From Clostridia bacterium (lineage in GTDB: Bacteria; Bacillota; Clostridia; Oscillospirales; CAG-272): DNA of 64,000 nucleotides. Both the position numbers and the translations under genes were made by a program. This document shows positions 37,120 through 46,683 of this stretch, piece after piece (the first letter of the stretch is position 1; every line of letters starts with the position of its first letter). The stretch is taken from positions 13,814 through 77,813 of the forward strand of contig JAFQPR010000009.1 in assembly GCA_017411605.1 (NCBI GenBank), in the 5' to 3' direction. The notes beneath the pieces are model-generated. The model had not been told where the DNA came from and did no database searches. It saw only the letters and a list, made by a program, of their open reading frames with translations.

Positions 37120-38424
37120 ATGAAAAAAATTTCAAGAATTACTTCAATCTTATTATTACTGTTTGTTCTTATGTCACTTTTGACCTCCTGCCTTTGGATA
37201 TCGCCCGGGAATCTCACGGGAAATGCATCGGATAACAATGAGTACGCAACAAAAGAAGAGGTTCGTGACCTTGTTGAGGGAATAGAAGAAAACGTTACCG
37301 TAAACGGCGGAGATAATTATAACGTAGAGATTAATTCAAACGGAAATCAGAATCTTCTTGCTGCAAGCAAGGGGTTGCTCTCTGCGGTATCGGTTCACTG
37401 CAAGTTCAAGGTTACTACAGTGAGCACTCCTATGTTCGGTCAGTCCACAAGCAAGACGGAAACTATTCCGACTGCAGGCTCGGGTGTTATCTATCAGCTC
37501 GATAAGAATACGGGCTCTGCGTATATTATTACAAATTATCACGTTGTATATTATAAAGGCGCAAATACCGATAATGACATCAGCGATGATATAACCGTTC
37601 ATCTTTACGGACTCGAGGATGAAAAGTACGCTATCAACGCAGAGTATATCGGAGGCTCGATGAACTATGATATAGCTGTGCTTGAGGTTAAAAACAGCGA
37701 CGTTCTCCGCACGAGCAACGCAATGGCTGCTGAATTTGCCGATTCTAATGACGTTGCGATACTCGATACGGCTATCGCTATAGGAAATCCCGAGGATTTC
37801 GGTCTTTCGGCAACGGTTGGCGCAGTTAACGTTGAGAGTGAGAATATAGTTATGACGAGTGTTGACGGTAGCGCGTACATTTCGCTACGCGTTATACGTA
37901 CGGACGCTGCAGTAAACGGAGGTAACTCCGGAGGCGGACTATTCAATGATAAGGGTCAGATAATAGGTATCGTTAATGCAAAAATGTCGGATAGCTCCAT
38001 TGATAATATCGGATATGCTATTCCGTCAAACGTCGCAAAATACGTTGCGGACAATATTATCTTCTACGATAAGCAGGATTCCAAAAACGACTGTGTATAC
38101 AGAGCGCTTATAGGAATAACCGTTGGCGTAGAAGCTGCGGGAACAAATTATGATATCGAAACGGGTAAAATAACAAGGTATGAGAAGGTTCGCGTTGAAG
38201 AGGTTTCAGCGGGCGGACTTTCCGAGGGTAAGCTCTCTGTTGGAGATATCATAAAATCCGTGTCGGTTGACGGTGTGACGTATGAGGTGCAGAGAACCTT
38301 CAACGTCGTAGATATTATGCTCACCGCAAGAAAGACAAGTAAGGTCGTTATAAACATTGAGCGCGCGGGTGAAGCTATTGCTGTAGAATATGATATGAGT
38401 AAGGCATCGCTTTCCGCTTGGTAA
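37120..38424 (+). CDS. HtrA/DegP-like S1C serine protease with C-terminal PDZ, probable lipoprotein
   Basis: Lipobox LLTSC after the signal peptide. ITNYHV (His), DIAVL (Asp) and GNSGGGLF (Ser). GGAGG RBS before the ATG at 37120. Confidence 0.85.
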   Translation: MKKISRITSILLLLFVLMSLLTSCLWISPGNLTGNASDNNEYATKEEVRDLVEGIEENVTVNGGDNYNVEINSNGNQNLLAASKGLLSAVSVHCKFKVTTVSTPMFGQSTSKTETIPTAGSGVIYQLDKNTGSAYIITNYHVVYYKGANTDNDISDDITVHLYGLEDEKYAINAEYIGGSMNYDIAVLEVKNSDVLRTSNAMAAEFADSNDVAILDTAIAIGNPEDFGLSATVGAVNVESENIVMTSVDGSAYISLRVIRTDAAVNGGNSGGGLFNDKGQIIGIVNAKMSDSSIDNIGYAIPSNVAKYVADNIIFYDKQDSKNDCVYRALIGITVGVEAAGTNYDIETGKITRYEKVRVEEVSAGGLSEGKLSVGDIIKSVSVDGVTYEVQRTFNVVDIMLTARKTSKVVINIERAGEAIAVEYDMSKASLSAW

Positions 38425-38443
38425 ATAGATAATATAAATAGGT

Positions 38444-38487
38444 TAAACCCCACAAATGTAACTTCTTGTTGACATTTGTGGGGTTTA
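38444..38487. terminator. Strong hairpin between convergent genes
   Basis: 16-bp perfect stem TAAACCCCACAAATGT / ACATTTGTGGGGTTTA. Confidence 0.65.
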
Positions 38488-38515
38488 AAAATAAATTCGG
38501 TATTTTAATTTTGCG

Positions 38516-39361
38516 CTAAGCTTGTTTGTATGCTACTGCTTTTTTATACTTAAGCGGAGTTATTCCGTAGGATGCTTTAAAAAGGGCAATAAAATGAGAA
38601 TAGTCTGAAAAGCCGCTTTCGTCGCAGGCTTCGCTCACCGTTTTGCCTAAAAACAGAAGCTCGGCTGCGTGAGCGAGCCTCTTTTTCTTAAGATATGAGC
38701 CGGGGGAGATAGAAAGAATACTTCTGAAGTGCCTCTCAAGCGTGTTTATGCTGACTCCCGCACTACTTGCGATGTCGGCAACGCTGATGGAGCTGTTTTT
38801 AAAATTTTTATCAATGAAAGAGAGAGCCGTGTCAATTTCCGGCGGAAATTTAAGAGTTTTATCCGTAATTGCGCTCGCTTCTTCTATAAGTTTTATCATA
38901 GTGAAAAAGCCCGCGTATTTTTCCGGAAGAGTGAGGCTGCTCTCCGTCATTTTGTGGCACAGCGCAATAAGCTCATCGCTGCTTGCTTTTGGGAGAGTCA
39001 GCAGATTTGAAGCTCCGAGTGGACGGGAAAAGAATTTTGAAAAGAGTGAGCTTTGCATACTATCACTTTCACTCGGGAGAGAAAAGAGAATCCAAAAGTG
39101 GCGGTGGGGCTTATCCGTGTGATAAATACAGTGGTGATATTCGTAAGGTCTTGTCACTATAATACTTCCCGGAGTTATAGGATATATCCTTTTTTCAACC
39201 ATAAAAGATACGTCGCCTGATAAATTGATATATATCTCGCACTCGGGATGAACGTGTGAATCGTTTGTTCTGTCAGATTCCTCGGGGCGCATTTCGACGT
39301 ATTTTACGCTGAGTGTTATGGGGTCCTGAGCGGGAAGAGTGATTGAATTTGATTTTTCCAT
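38516..39361 (-). CDS. AraC-family transcriptional regulator
   Basis: Cupin-like N-domain plus C-terminal double HTH (IASSAGVSINTLERHF..VSEACDESGFSDYSHF). Confidence 0.9.
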   Translation of the reverse strand: MEKSNSITLPAQDPITLSVKYVEMRPEESDRTNDSHVHPECEIYINLSGDVSFMVEKRIYPITPGSIIVTRPYEYHHCIYHTDKPHRHFWILFSLPSESDSMQSSLFSKFFSRPLGASNLLTLPKASSDELIALCHKMTESSLTLPEKYAGFFTMIKLIEEASAITDKTLKFPPEIDTALSFIDKNFKNSSISVADIASSAGVSINTLERHFRSILSISPGSYLKKKRLAHAAELLFLGKTVSEACDESGFSDYSHFIALFKASYGITPLKYKKAVAYKQA

Positions 39362-39545
39362 AGCGTTTCTCCGTGAGAATATCTTTAATAAAAGTGATAT
39401 CCTCGCTAGCTTTTCTTGCGGCGATTTTTAAAAGTGCGGAATGTTTTTTTGCCTTGTAATGCATAGAATATCATATTTTTTGGTGAAAAGTCAATGGAAA
39501 TATCAATTTTTTTCTGTTATAATTAGTGTAAACATTTTTTGAGAG

Positions 39546-40484
39546 GTGATTTTTATTTATTTAATGCTTTTATGCGCGGCGATGCTTCTCGCGGTTTGCT
39601 TTGTTATCAATAAGCTTTACCAGAAGCAAGCGGGCACGAGTCTTGAGGCGGGACTTGTTTACAACAGTCTCTTGGGAATATTTGCGGCAATCATTTTCTT
39701 CTTTATAGGTGGATTCAAATTCGAGGTAACCGCATTTTCCGTGATTATGGCAACCGCTATGACGGTGGTGGTTATGGCTTATACCTTGCTTGGATTCAGG
39801 ATTCTGAAGAATGGAAGCGTTGCGATCTATTCGATATTTCTTATGAGCGGTGGAATGACAGTTCCTTACATATACGGTCTTTTGTTCCTTGATGAAGAGT
39901 TTAGCTGGCTTCGTACCGTCGGTCTTGTTGTTCTTATTTCAGCCGTTGCGATCTCGAACTTCGGCGGTAAGGGCGAAAAAAACGATATCAAAAGACTCGC
40001 GATGTGCATATGCGTGTTCTTGCTAAACGGATGCGTCAGTGTTATCTCAAAGGTTCATCAGGTTGAAAGTGTCCGTGCGACTGTCGGAGCTGAGCAATTT
40101 GTGATGCTTGCCGGAATCGCAAAATTTATAATCGGAGGCGTTGTTCTCGGAGTGCTTTTGCTTATAAGCAAGCATTCTACCGCTTCATCGAAAAATGATG
40201 AAATAAAGGAAAGCGCAGAGGTAAAACCGAAACTCTTCTCTGCGAAGAGTATAAAAATAATTCTTCCCTTGATAGTAATTGCTGCTGCGGTTGACGGTGT
40301 TTCGTATTTTCTTCAGCTCAAGGGCGCGGCAAATCTTCCCGCAACCGTGCTTTATCCTATGATAACGGGCGCGAGTATGATATTCTCCGCGGTAGCGGAT
40401 TTTGCGGTATTCAAGCAAAAGCCTACGAGATTTGTTGTTATCAGCGTTGCTCTTTGCTTTGCGGGAACGCTTATGTTCCTTTAA
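39546..40484 (+). CDS. DMT-like multi-pass membrane transporter (start codon uncertain)
   Basis: About 10 TM helices. The track start is a GTG overlapping the GAGAGG RBS, so the true start may differ. Confidence 0.65.
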   Translation: MIFIYLMLLCAAMLLAVCFVINKLYQKQAGTSLEAGLVYNSLLGIFAAIIFFFIGGFKFEVTAFSVIMATAMTVVVMAYTLLGFRILKNGSVAIYSIFLMSGGMTVPYIYGLLFLDEEFSWLRTVGLVVLISAVAISNFGGKGEKNDIKRLAMCICVFLLNGCVSVISKVHQVESVRATVGAEQFVMLAGIAKFIIGGVVLGVLLLISKHSTASSKNDEIKESAEVKPKLFSAKSIKIILPLIVIAAAVDGVSYFLQLKGAANLPATVLYPMITGASMIFSAVADFAVFKQKPTRFVVISVALCFAGTLMFL

Positions 40485-40532
40485 GACTAAATCACCTAAA
40501 ATCTATATGATATAATATTTAAGGAGAATGAT

Positions 40533-42458
40533 ATGAAGTTTTTATCGGATAACAAAAGATTTTCATTTCTATACGATAGGGTATCAGCTTTTGACTACCT
40601 TTATACCGCAAAAACCGCAGAGGGGGAAAATTCGCTCGTTACGGAATACCTTTTCGAGGATGCCTTGAAGGTAACGAACTCGGCAAGAAGGATTACGGGA
40701 TTTGATGCATACGAGTGGGTTAATTACTTCGAGAATACATCTGCTGATAATACTCGCGTTATATCCGAGCTTTGGGATGCAGACGTAGAGATACCTTGGC
40801 CTCACGAAGAGCCTCGACGTAAGACTCCGTGGCAAGCGAACAGGAAGTTACATACTATTATACATTCCACAAAGGGGTCATCCTCGGGCCCTGATGATTT
40901 TGCGGATTCCGAGAGAATAATATTCCCGGGAAATAATGCTACGTACCGCTCGAACGGCGGACGATCAAGCGACGGAAACGCACCGTATTTCAATATTAAT
41001 AAAAACGGTCACGGAGTAATCGTAGCTCTCGGTTGGACGGGTCAGTGGAACGCAAGATTTGACCTTGGAACGGACTCGCTCCGCATAAGAGCGAAAATTG
41101 AGGATACCGAGTTCTATCTTTGCCCGGGTGAAAGCTTCAGAACTCTTTCTGTTACCGTTATGAGCTATGAGGGAAGCGTTACCGACGGTCAGAATCTTTG
41201 GCGCAGACTTATGAAGCAGGAATATTCGGAAACGCTTACCCGTGTCGGAAAATTACCTGTTTGCGCTAACTTCTGGGGCGGACTCGAATCTGCTGATATC
41301 ATAGACCGTGTTGAAAAATTCAAGGCGGCTGAGATTCCATACTCATTTGTTTGGATAGATGCTGGATGGGGCGGAGCGGAAACTATGCCGACGTTTGATG
41401 AATATACGGGAGATTGGTATGAGAGAGTCGGAGATTGGAGAGTTAGTCCTAACGTGCATCCGTCCGGAATGGTTGACGTAGCAAATGCTATTCACGATGC
41501 GGGTTATAAGTTCATTCTTTGGTTTGAACCCGAGCGCGCAAGAGAGAATACGGAGGTCGTGAAAGCGCATCCCGAATACTTTTTATCGGATGGCGGTGTG
41601 AACCGACTTTTGAATCTTGGCTGCAAGGAAGCTTACGATTATATAAAGGATGCCGTATTCGGTGTAATAAGAAAGCTTGGCGTTGATTGCTACCGTCAGG
41701 ATTTCAATTTTTCGCCGCTTCCGTTCTGGAGAAGCAATGATAAGGAAAACAGACGCGGAATTACCGAAATTATGCACATCAATGCTCTGTACCGTTTCTT
41801 TGACGAGATGCTAGCCGAGTTCCCGACTTTGATCATAGATAACTGCGCTTCGGGCGGCAGACGCCTTGACATCGAGATGATGAAGCGCTCTTTCCCGCTT
41901 TGGAGAAGTGATGCGCAGTGCCCTGCAGACCCGACGCCTGAAACTACTCAGCTTAACAATATTAATTTCTCAAGGTGGCTTCCTTACACGGGTACGGGTT
42001 GCGGACGTGTTTACGATACATATCTCTGCAGAAGCTCTTATACTATGGGTATGGGATCGAACTTTGGCTTCTCGAAGCACGACGTATTCTATGACGAGCC
42101 CGAGAAGCTCATCTGGATAAAAGAAAGAATTGAAGAGCTGCAGTCAATACGCAGATTCTTTGATGGCGATATGTATCTTCTTACTTCTATGGCGTACGAT
42201 GACGTTAGCTGGTGCGCAGCGGAGTGGCGACTTCCCGCGAGCGACGAGGGAATGATACAGATATTCAAGCGCGAGAGAAGCCCCTTTGAATCCGCAGTGT
42301 TCAATCTTCACGGCATTGACAATGATAAAGTTTACGTTTTCAACGACATTGACGGCGGAAGCTTTGAGGTTGACGGACGTGAGCTTAACGAAAACGGCTT
42401 ATCGCTGATGATATCCGAAAAGCGTGCTGCGAAAATATTCACGTTTAAAGCAAAATAA
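40533..42458 (+). CDS. GH36-like alpha-galactosidase family protein
   Basis: CYRQDFN (KWDxN-equivalent) and IIDNCASGGRRLD (ExCxxGGxRxD-like) blocks. No signal peptide. Confidence 0.7.
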   Translation: MKFLSDNKRFSFLYDRVSAFDYLYTAKTAEGENSLVTEYLFEDALKVTNSARRITGFDAYEWVNYFENTSADNTRVISELWDADVEIPWPHEEPRRKTPWQANRKLHTIIHSTKGSSSGPDDFADSERIIFPGNNATYRSNGGRSSDGNAPYFNINKNGHGVIVALGWTGQWNARFDLGTDSLRIRAKIEDTEFYLCPGESFRTLSVTVMSYEGSVTDGQNLWRRLMKQEYSETLTRVGKLPVCANFWGGLESADIIDRVEKFKAAEIPYSFVWIDAGWGGAETMPTFDEYTGDWYERVGDWRVSPNVHPSGMVDVANAIHDAGYKFILWFEPERARENTEVVKAHPEYFLSDGGVNRLLNLGCKEAYDYIKDAVFGVIRKLGVDCYRQDFNFSPLPFWRSNDKENRRGITEIMHINALYRFFDEMLAEFPTLIIDNCASGGRRLDIEMMKRSFPLWRSDAQCPADPTPETTQLNNINFSRWLPYTGTGCGRVYDTYLCRSSYTMGMGSNFGFSKHDVFYDEPEKLIWIKERIEELQSIRRFFDGDMYLLTSMAYDDVSWCAAEWRLPASDEGMIQIFKRERSPFESAVFNLHGIDNDKVYVFNDIDGGSFEVDGRELNENGLSLMISEKRAAKIFTFKAK

Positions 42459-42470
42459 CCGATATGTAAA

Positions 42471-42520
42471 GAGGCTGGCTCAAGTTGTAAAAAAATGAGC
42501 CGGCCCCTTTTTTCTTTTTT
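42471..42520 (+). terminator. Rho-independent terminator (conserved-loop hairpin, copy A)
   Basis: GAGGCTGGCTCA / TGAGCCGGCCCC stem, loop AGTTGTAAAAAAA, then TTTTTTCTTTTTT. Confidence 0.6.
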
Positions 42521-42560
42521 GGAAATAATATCTAAATATATTAAAAAAATAAAAAGTCAC

Positions 42561-42589
42561 TTGACGGATTGATAAATTTATGTCATAAT
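42561..42589 (+). promoter_or_regulatory. Sigma-A type promoter with extended -10
   Basis: TTGACG (42561-42566), 17-nt spacer ending in TGt, CATAAT (42584-42589). Confidence 0.5.
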
Positions 42590-42622
42590 ATATGAGTAAA
42601 AAATTATAAAGGAGTTTTCCGA

Positions 42623-44050
42623 ATGAAAGATGTAGTAATTATCGGAGCGGGCGTTATCGGTGGCGCTGTCGCAAGAGAGCTTTCAAAATACAAGCTGGAT
42701 ATATGCATTCTTGAAAAGTGCGCTGACGTTGCAATGGGCGCAACTCGCGCAAACAGTGCTATAGTTCACGCAGGATTTGATGCAAAAGAGGGCAGCCTTA
42801 AGGCTAAGCTCAACGTTATGGGCTCCGAGATGATGGAGAATTACGCTCATGAGCTGGGCGTAAAATATAAGAGAAACGGTTCTCTTGTAGTAGGGTTTTC
42901 AGATGAAGATAAAAATACTCTTGAGGAGCTTCGCGCAAGAGGTGAAGCTAACGGAGTTCGCGGACTCCGTGTTATTTCGAGAGAAGAAATACTTAAGATA
43001 GAGCCTTCAATAGGCGAGGGCGTAACTTGTGCGCTCCACGCACCTACGGGCGCGATTATCTGCCCTTATGAGCTTTGTATGGCAACCGTTGGAAACGCTA
43101 TGGATAACGGCGCTGAGCTTAAGCTTAATTTTGAGGTTAAGGCCATAGAAAAGATTGACGGCGGATATAAGGTATCCTCGGAAAAGGAGTCCGTGTGCGC
43201 AAGATACGTTATCAACTGCGCGGGAGTATATTCCGATGCTGTTGCCAAAATGGCAGGCGACGATAGCTTCACGGTTATTCCGAGAAGAGGAGAATATATG
43301 CTTCTTGATAAGGAATGCGGAAGTCTTGTTTCTCATACCATTTTCCGTTGCCCCTCGAAGATGGGTAAGGGAATTCTTGTTTCTCCTACGGTTGACGGAA
43401 ACCTTCTTCTTGGTCCTACCGCCGAGAATATCGATGATAAGGAAGATAAGTCTACGACTGCAGCGGGTCTTGCGAAGGTAAGAATGCAGGCTAACGAGCA
43501 GGTTGCCGGTATTAATTTCGGTAAGATAATCACTTCGTTTACAGGTCTTAGAAGCGTTGGCTCTACCGGTGATTTCATTATTAACGAAAAGGACGGATTT
43601 ATAAACTGCGCGGGCATTGAAAGCCCAGGCCTTTCTTCCGCTCCCGCTATCGGTCAGTACGTAAGAGAGCTTATCGAGAATTCAGGCGAGAAGCTTATTA
43701 AGAATGAGAGCTTCAACGGAGCGCGCCGTCCGATGCATTACTTCAAGGAGTGCACCGAGGAGGAAAAAAACGCGATTATCGCTGAAAATCCCGCATATGC
43801 GCATATTATCTGCCGCTGCGAGATGACGAGCGAGGGAGAGATAGTTGAGGCTATTCATACTAATCCCAAGCCTCACGATCTTGATGCGATAAAGAGAAGA
43901 ACACGTTCGGGAATGGGACGCTGCCAGGGAGGATTTTGCTCTCCCTACGTTGTTGAGATCCTTGCGCGTGAGCTCGGTGTTGACTATGTTGACATCACCA
44001 AGTTTGGCGGTGAATCATACATCAATATCGGAAAGACTAAGGAGGTATGA
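42623..44050 (+). CDS. FAD-dependent oxidoreductase (GlpA / L-2-hydroxyglutarate oxidase-like) with BFD-like [2Fe-2S] domain
   Basis: VVIIGAGVIGGAVA dinucleotide fold. C-terminal CRCEMTSEGEI..RRTRSGMGRCQGGFC. Confidence 0.85.
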   Translation: MKDVVIIGAGVIGGAVARELSKYKLDICILEKCADVAMGATRANSAIVHAGFDAKEGSLKAKLNVMGSEMMENYAHELGVKYKRNGSLVVGFSDEDKNTLEELRARGEANGVRGLRVISREEILKIEPSIGEGVTCALHAPTGAIICPYELCMATVGNAMDNGAELKLNFEVKAIEKIDGGYKVSSEKESVCARYVINCAGVYSDAVAKMAGDDSFTVIPRRGEYMLLDKECGSLVSHTIFRCPSKMGKGILVSPTVDGNLLLGPTAENIDDKEDKSTTAAGLAKVRMQANEQVAGINFGKIITSFTGLRSVGSTGDFIINEKDGFINCAGIESPGLSSAPAIGQYVRELIENSGEKLIKNESFNGARRPMHYFKECTEEEKNAIIAENPAYAHIICRCEMTSEGEIVEAIHTNPKPHDLDAIKRRTRSGMGRCQGGFCSPYVVEILARELGVDYVDITKFGGESYINIGKTKEV

Positions 44051-44053
44051 TCA

Positions 44054-45322
44054 ATGAATACGAAGGCAGTTAAAGAAATAAATTGCGAGCTCGTTGTAGT
44101 TGGCGGCGGTCCTGCCGGCATGGCGGCAGCCGTTGCGGCTTACGAGGACGGACTTCGCGATATACTCATTCTTGAGCGCGATGATAACCTTGGCGGTATT
44201 CTCCGCCAGTGCATACATAACGGATTTGGTCTTCACCGTTTCGGCGAGGAGCTTACCGGCCCCGAGTATGCCTACAGATATGAAAAAATGGTAAGAGATT
44301 ACGGTATTCCTTTTATGACCGATACGATGGTAACGGGTATCTCGAAGGACAGAGTTGTTACCGCGCAGAATACCAAAGAGGGAATATTCAAGATCCGTGC
44401 CGGCGCTGTAATTCTCGCAATGGGCTGCCGTGAGCGTCCAAAGGGTGCTCTTAATATTGCGGGTCACCGCCCTGCAGGTATTTATACTGCGGGTACGGCG
44501 CAGAAGTTTGTTAATATGAAGGGTTATATGCCCGGTCGCGAGGTAGTAATACTCGGCTCGGGCGATATCGGACTTATAATGGCAAGAAGAATGACACTTG
44601 AGGGTGCAAAGGTAAAGGCTGTTTGCGAGCTTATGCCTTATTCGGGCGGTCTTGCAAGAAATATCGAGCAGTGCCTCAAGGACTTTGATATTCCGCTTAT
44701 GCTCAGCCATACCGTAGTTGAAATCCACGGTAAGGACAGACTTACGGGCGTTACCATAGGTAAAGTTGATGAAAACAGGCGTCCTATCCCCGAAACGTTC
44801 GAGTATATTCCTTGCGATACGCTCCTTCTTTCTTGCGGACTTATACCCGAGAACGAGCTTACAAAGGATGCGGGAATATCACTTGACAGAGTGACCAACG
44901 GCGCTATTGTTGACGGTGACAGAGAAACCGAAATTGAAGGCGTATTTGCTTGCGGTAACGTTCTTCACGTTCACGACCTTGTTGACTATGTTTCAGAGGA
45001 AGCGAGCATTGCAGGTCACGCGGCTGTAAGATTTATCCGCCACGAAACGAGTAAGACCGTCAACGTACAGGTTAAGGCTGACGGTCAGATAAGATACACT
45101 GTTCCGCAGAAGCTTACCGAGGTTGCTCCGACAAGAGTGTACTTCAGAGTTGCCGACGTTTATCGCGATAAGAAGGTCGTTGTCGCTGTTGGTGATAAGG
45201 TGCTTTACGAGAAGAAAAAGCAGAAGCTGGCTCCCGGTGAAATGGAAACCGTTGAGCTTACCGATAAGATGATAGCCGAGGCTGCAGAGCTTGGCGGTGT
45301 GCTTGAATTCAAGCTTGTGTAA
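44054..45322 (+). CDS. NAD(P)/FAD-dependent pyridine nucleotide-disulfide-type oxidoreductase
   Basis: Two Rossmann motifs, VVVGGGPAGMAAA and VILGSGDIGLIMA. GGAGG RBS. Confidence 0.85.
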   Translation: MNTKAVKEINCELVVVGGGPAGMAAAVAAYEDGLRDILILERDDNLGGILRQCIHNGFGLHRFGEELTGPEYAYRYEKMVRDYGIPFMTDTMVTGISKDRVVTAQNTKEGIFKIRAGAVILAMGCRERPKGALNIAGHRPAGIYTAGTAQKFVNMKGYMPGREVVILGSGDIGLIMARRMTLEGAKVKAVCELMPYSGGLARNIEQCLKDFDIPLMLSHTVVEIHGKDRLTGVTIGKVDENRRPIPETFEYIPCDTLLLSCGLIPENELTKDAGISLDRVTNGAIVDGDRETEIEGVFACGNVLHVHDLVDYVSEEASIAGHAAVRFIRHETSKTVNVQVKADGQIRYTVPQKLTEVAPTRVYFRVADVYRDKKVVVAVGDKVLYEKKKQKLAPGEMETVELTDKMIAEAAELGGVLEFKLV

Positions 45323-45333
45323 GGAGAAGAAAA

Positions 45334-45687
45334 ATGAAAAAAAGAGAACTTACCTGCATTGTATGCCCGAGAGGATGCACCCTCGTGTGCGAGCTTGATG
45401 ATGGGGGAAAGCTTATAAGTGTTTCGGGTAACCTTTGCCCGAGAGGAAAAAAGTATGCCGATGACGAGTGCACGAATCCTATGCGCGTTGTTACAAGCAC
45501 AGTCAGATGCGAGGACGGCGCAGTCGTAAGCTGCAAGACCTCGACGAGCATCCCGAAATCTCTCGTTCTTGAAGCGATGAAGGTTATAAATAATACGAAA
45601 GCTCCCGCTACCGTAAAAATAGGCGACGTTATTATCAAGAATGTTCTTGGCACGGGTGCGGACGTTATAGCTACATCTAATAAATAA
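45334..45687 (+). CDS. DUF1667 domain protein
   Basis: CIVCPRGCTL..GNLCPRGKKY Cys pattern and 117-aa size, characteristic of the third gene of this oxidoreductase trio. Confidence 0.82.
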   Translation: MKKRELTCIVCPRGCTLVCELDDGGKLISVSGNLCPRGKKYADDECTNPMRVVTSTVRCEDGAVVSCKTSTSIPKSLVLEAMKVINNTKAPATVKIGDVIIKNVLGTGADVIATSNK

Positions 45688-45810
45688 AACCGTCGCACAA
45701 TAATAGAAATAAGCGGGCGAGGGTTAGATACAACTTTCGCTCGTTTTTATAAGTACGCGTGTTATTTCTTGCTTTCAGGTCAATACTTAATAGAAAAAAA
45801 GGAGTCAGTT

Positions 45811-46683
45811 ATGGCAAATGTATATTTTACAAGAGAGATAACCCCCGAGGCGTGTAAAAGACTGTACGATCTTCTTATTGAAGAGAGATGCGGAATTCTC
45901 CCCGCTCCCGTAGCGGTGAAGGTGCATTCGGGCGAGGTGGGAAACCAGAACTTTATTAAGCCTGATTTCTTTGCGCCTACTATAATAGCATCGGGTGGAG
46001 TGGTCACCGAGTGTAATACGGCTTATGACGGTGGCAGAGATACTACCGCAAAGCATATCAAAACCTTAAAAAAGCACGGCTGGAGTGAGTATTTTGAGGT
46101 TGACCTGCTTGATGCCGAGGGCCCCGACCTTTGCCTTGATATTCCCGAGGGGAAGATAATAAAGAAGAATTATGTCGGTAAGAATATAGAAAAGTATTCC
46201 TCCGCTCTCGTTCTTTCTCACTTCAAGGGTCACCCTATGGGTGGATATGGCGGAGCGCTTAAGCAGCTCTCTATCGGCTTTGCTTCATCGTTTGGTAAGA
46301 AGTATATTCACGGGTCGGGTGACCCCGTGACAAGTTTTGCGGGCGATCACGATAGCTTCCTTGCGTCTATGGCAGATGCGGCAAAGAGCGTCGTCGAGCT
46401 GTTTGAGGGAAATATAGCATATATCAACGTTATGAAAAATATGTCTGTTGACTGCGATTGCTGCGCAGTTGCCGAGGATCCTTGTATTGCCGATATAGGA
46501 ATTCTTGCGTCCCTTGATCCTGTTGCGATAGATAAGGCTTGCCTGGACCTCGTTTATGCAAGCAAAGACAAGGGCAGAGATCATCTTATCGAAAGAATAG
46601 AATCCAGAAACGGCGCGTATACAATTGAGTGCGCAGAGAAGCTTGGCGTAGGTACTACAAATTATAAACTAATCGAAATATGA
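45811..46683 (+). CDS. DUF362 domain protein (putative Fe-S-binding)
   Basis: MANVYFT.. start with a GGAG RBS. KVHSGE..GN and CDCC blocks as in DUF362/COG2768 proteins. Confidence 0.75.
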   Translation: MANVYFTREITPEACKRLYDLLIEERCGILPAPVAVKVHSGEVGNQNFIKPDFFAPTIIASGGVVTECNTAYDGGRDTTAKHIKTLKKHGWSEYFEVDLLDAEGPDLCLDIPEGKIIKKNYVGKNIEKYSSALVLSHFKGHPMGGYGGALKQLSIGFASSFGKKYIHGSGDPVTSFAGDHDSFLASMADAAKSVVELFEGNIAYINVMKNMSVDCDCCAVAEDPCIADIGILASLDPVAIDKACLDLVYASKDKGRDHLIERIESRNGAYTIECAEKLGVGTTNYKLIEI

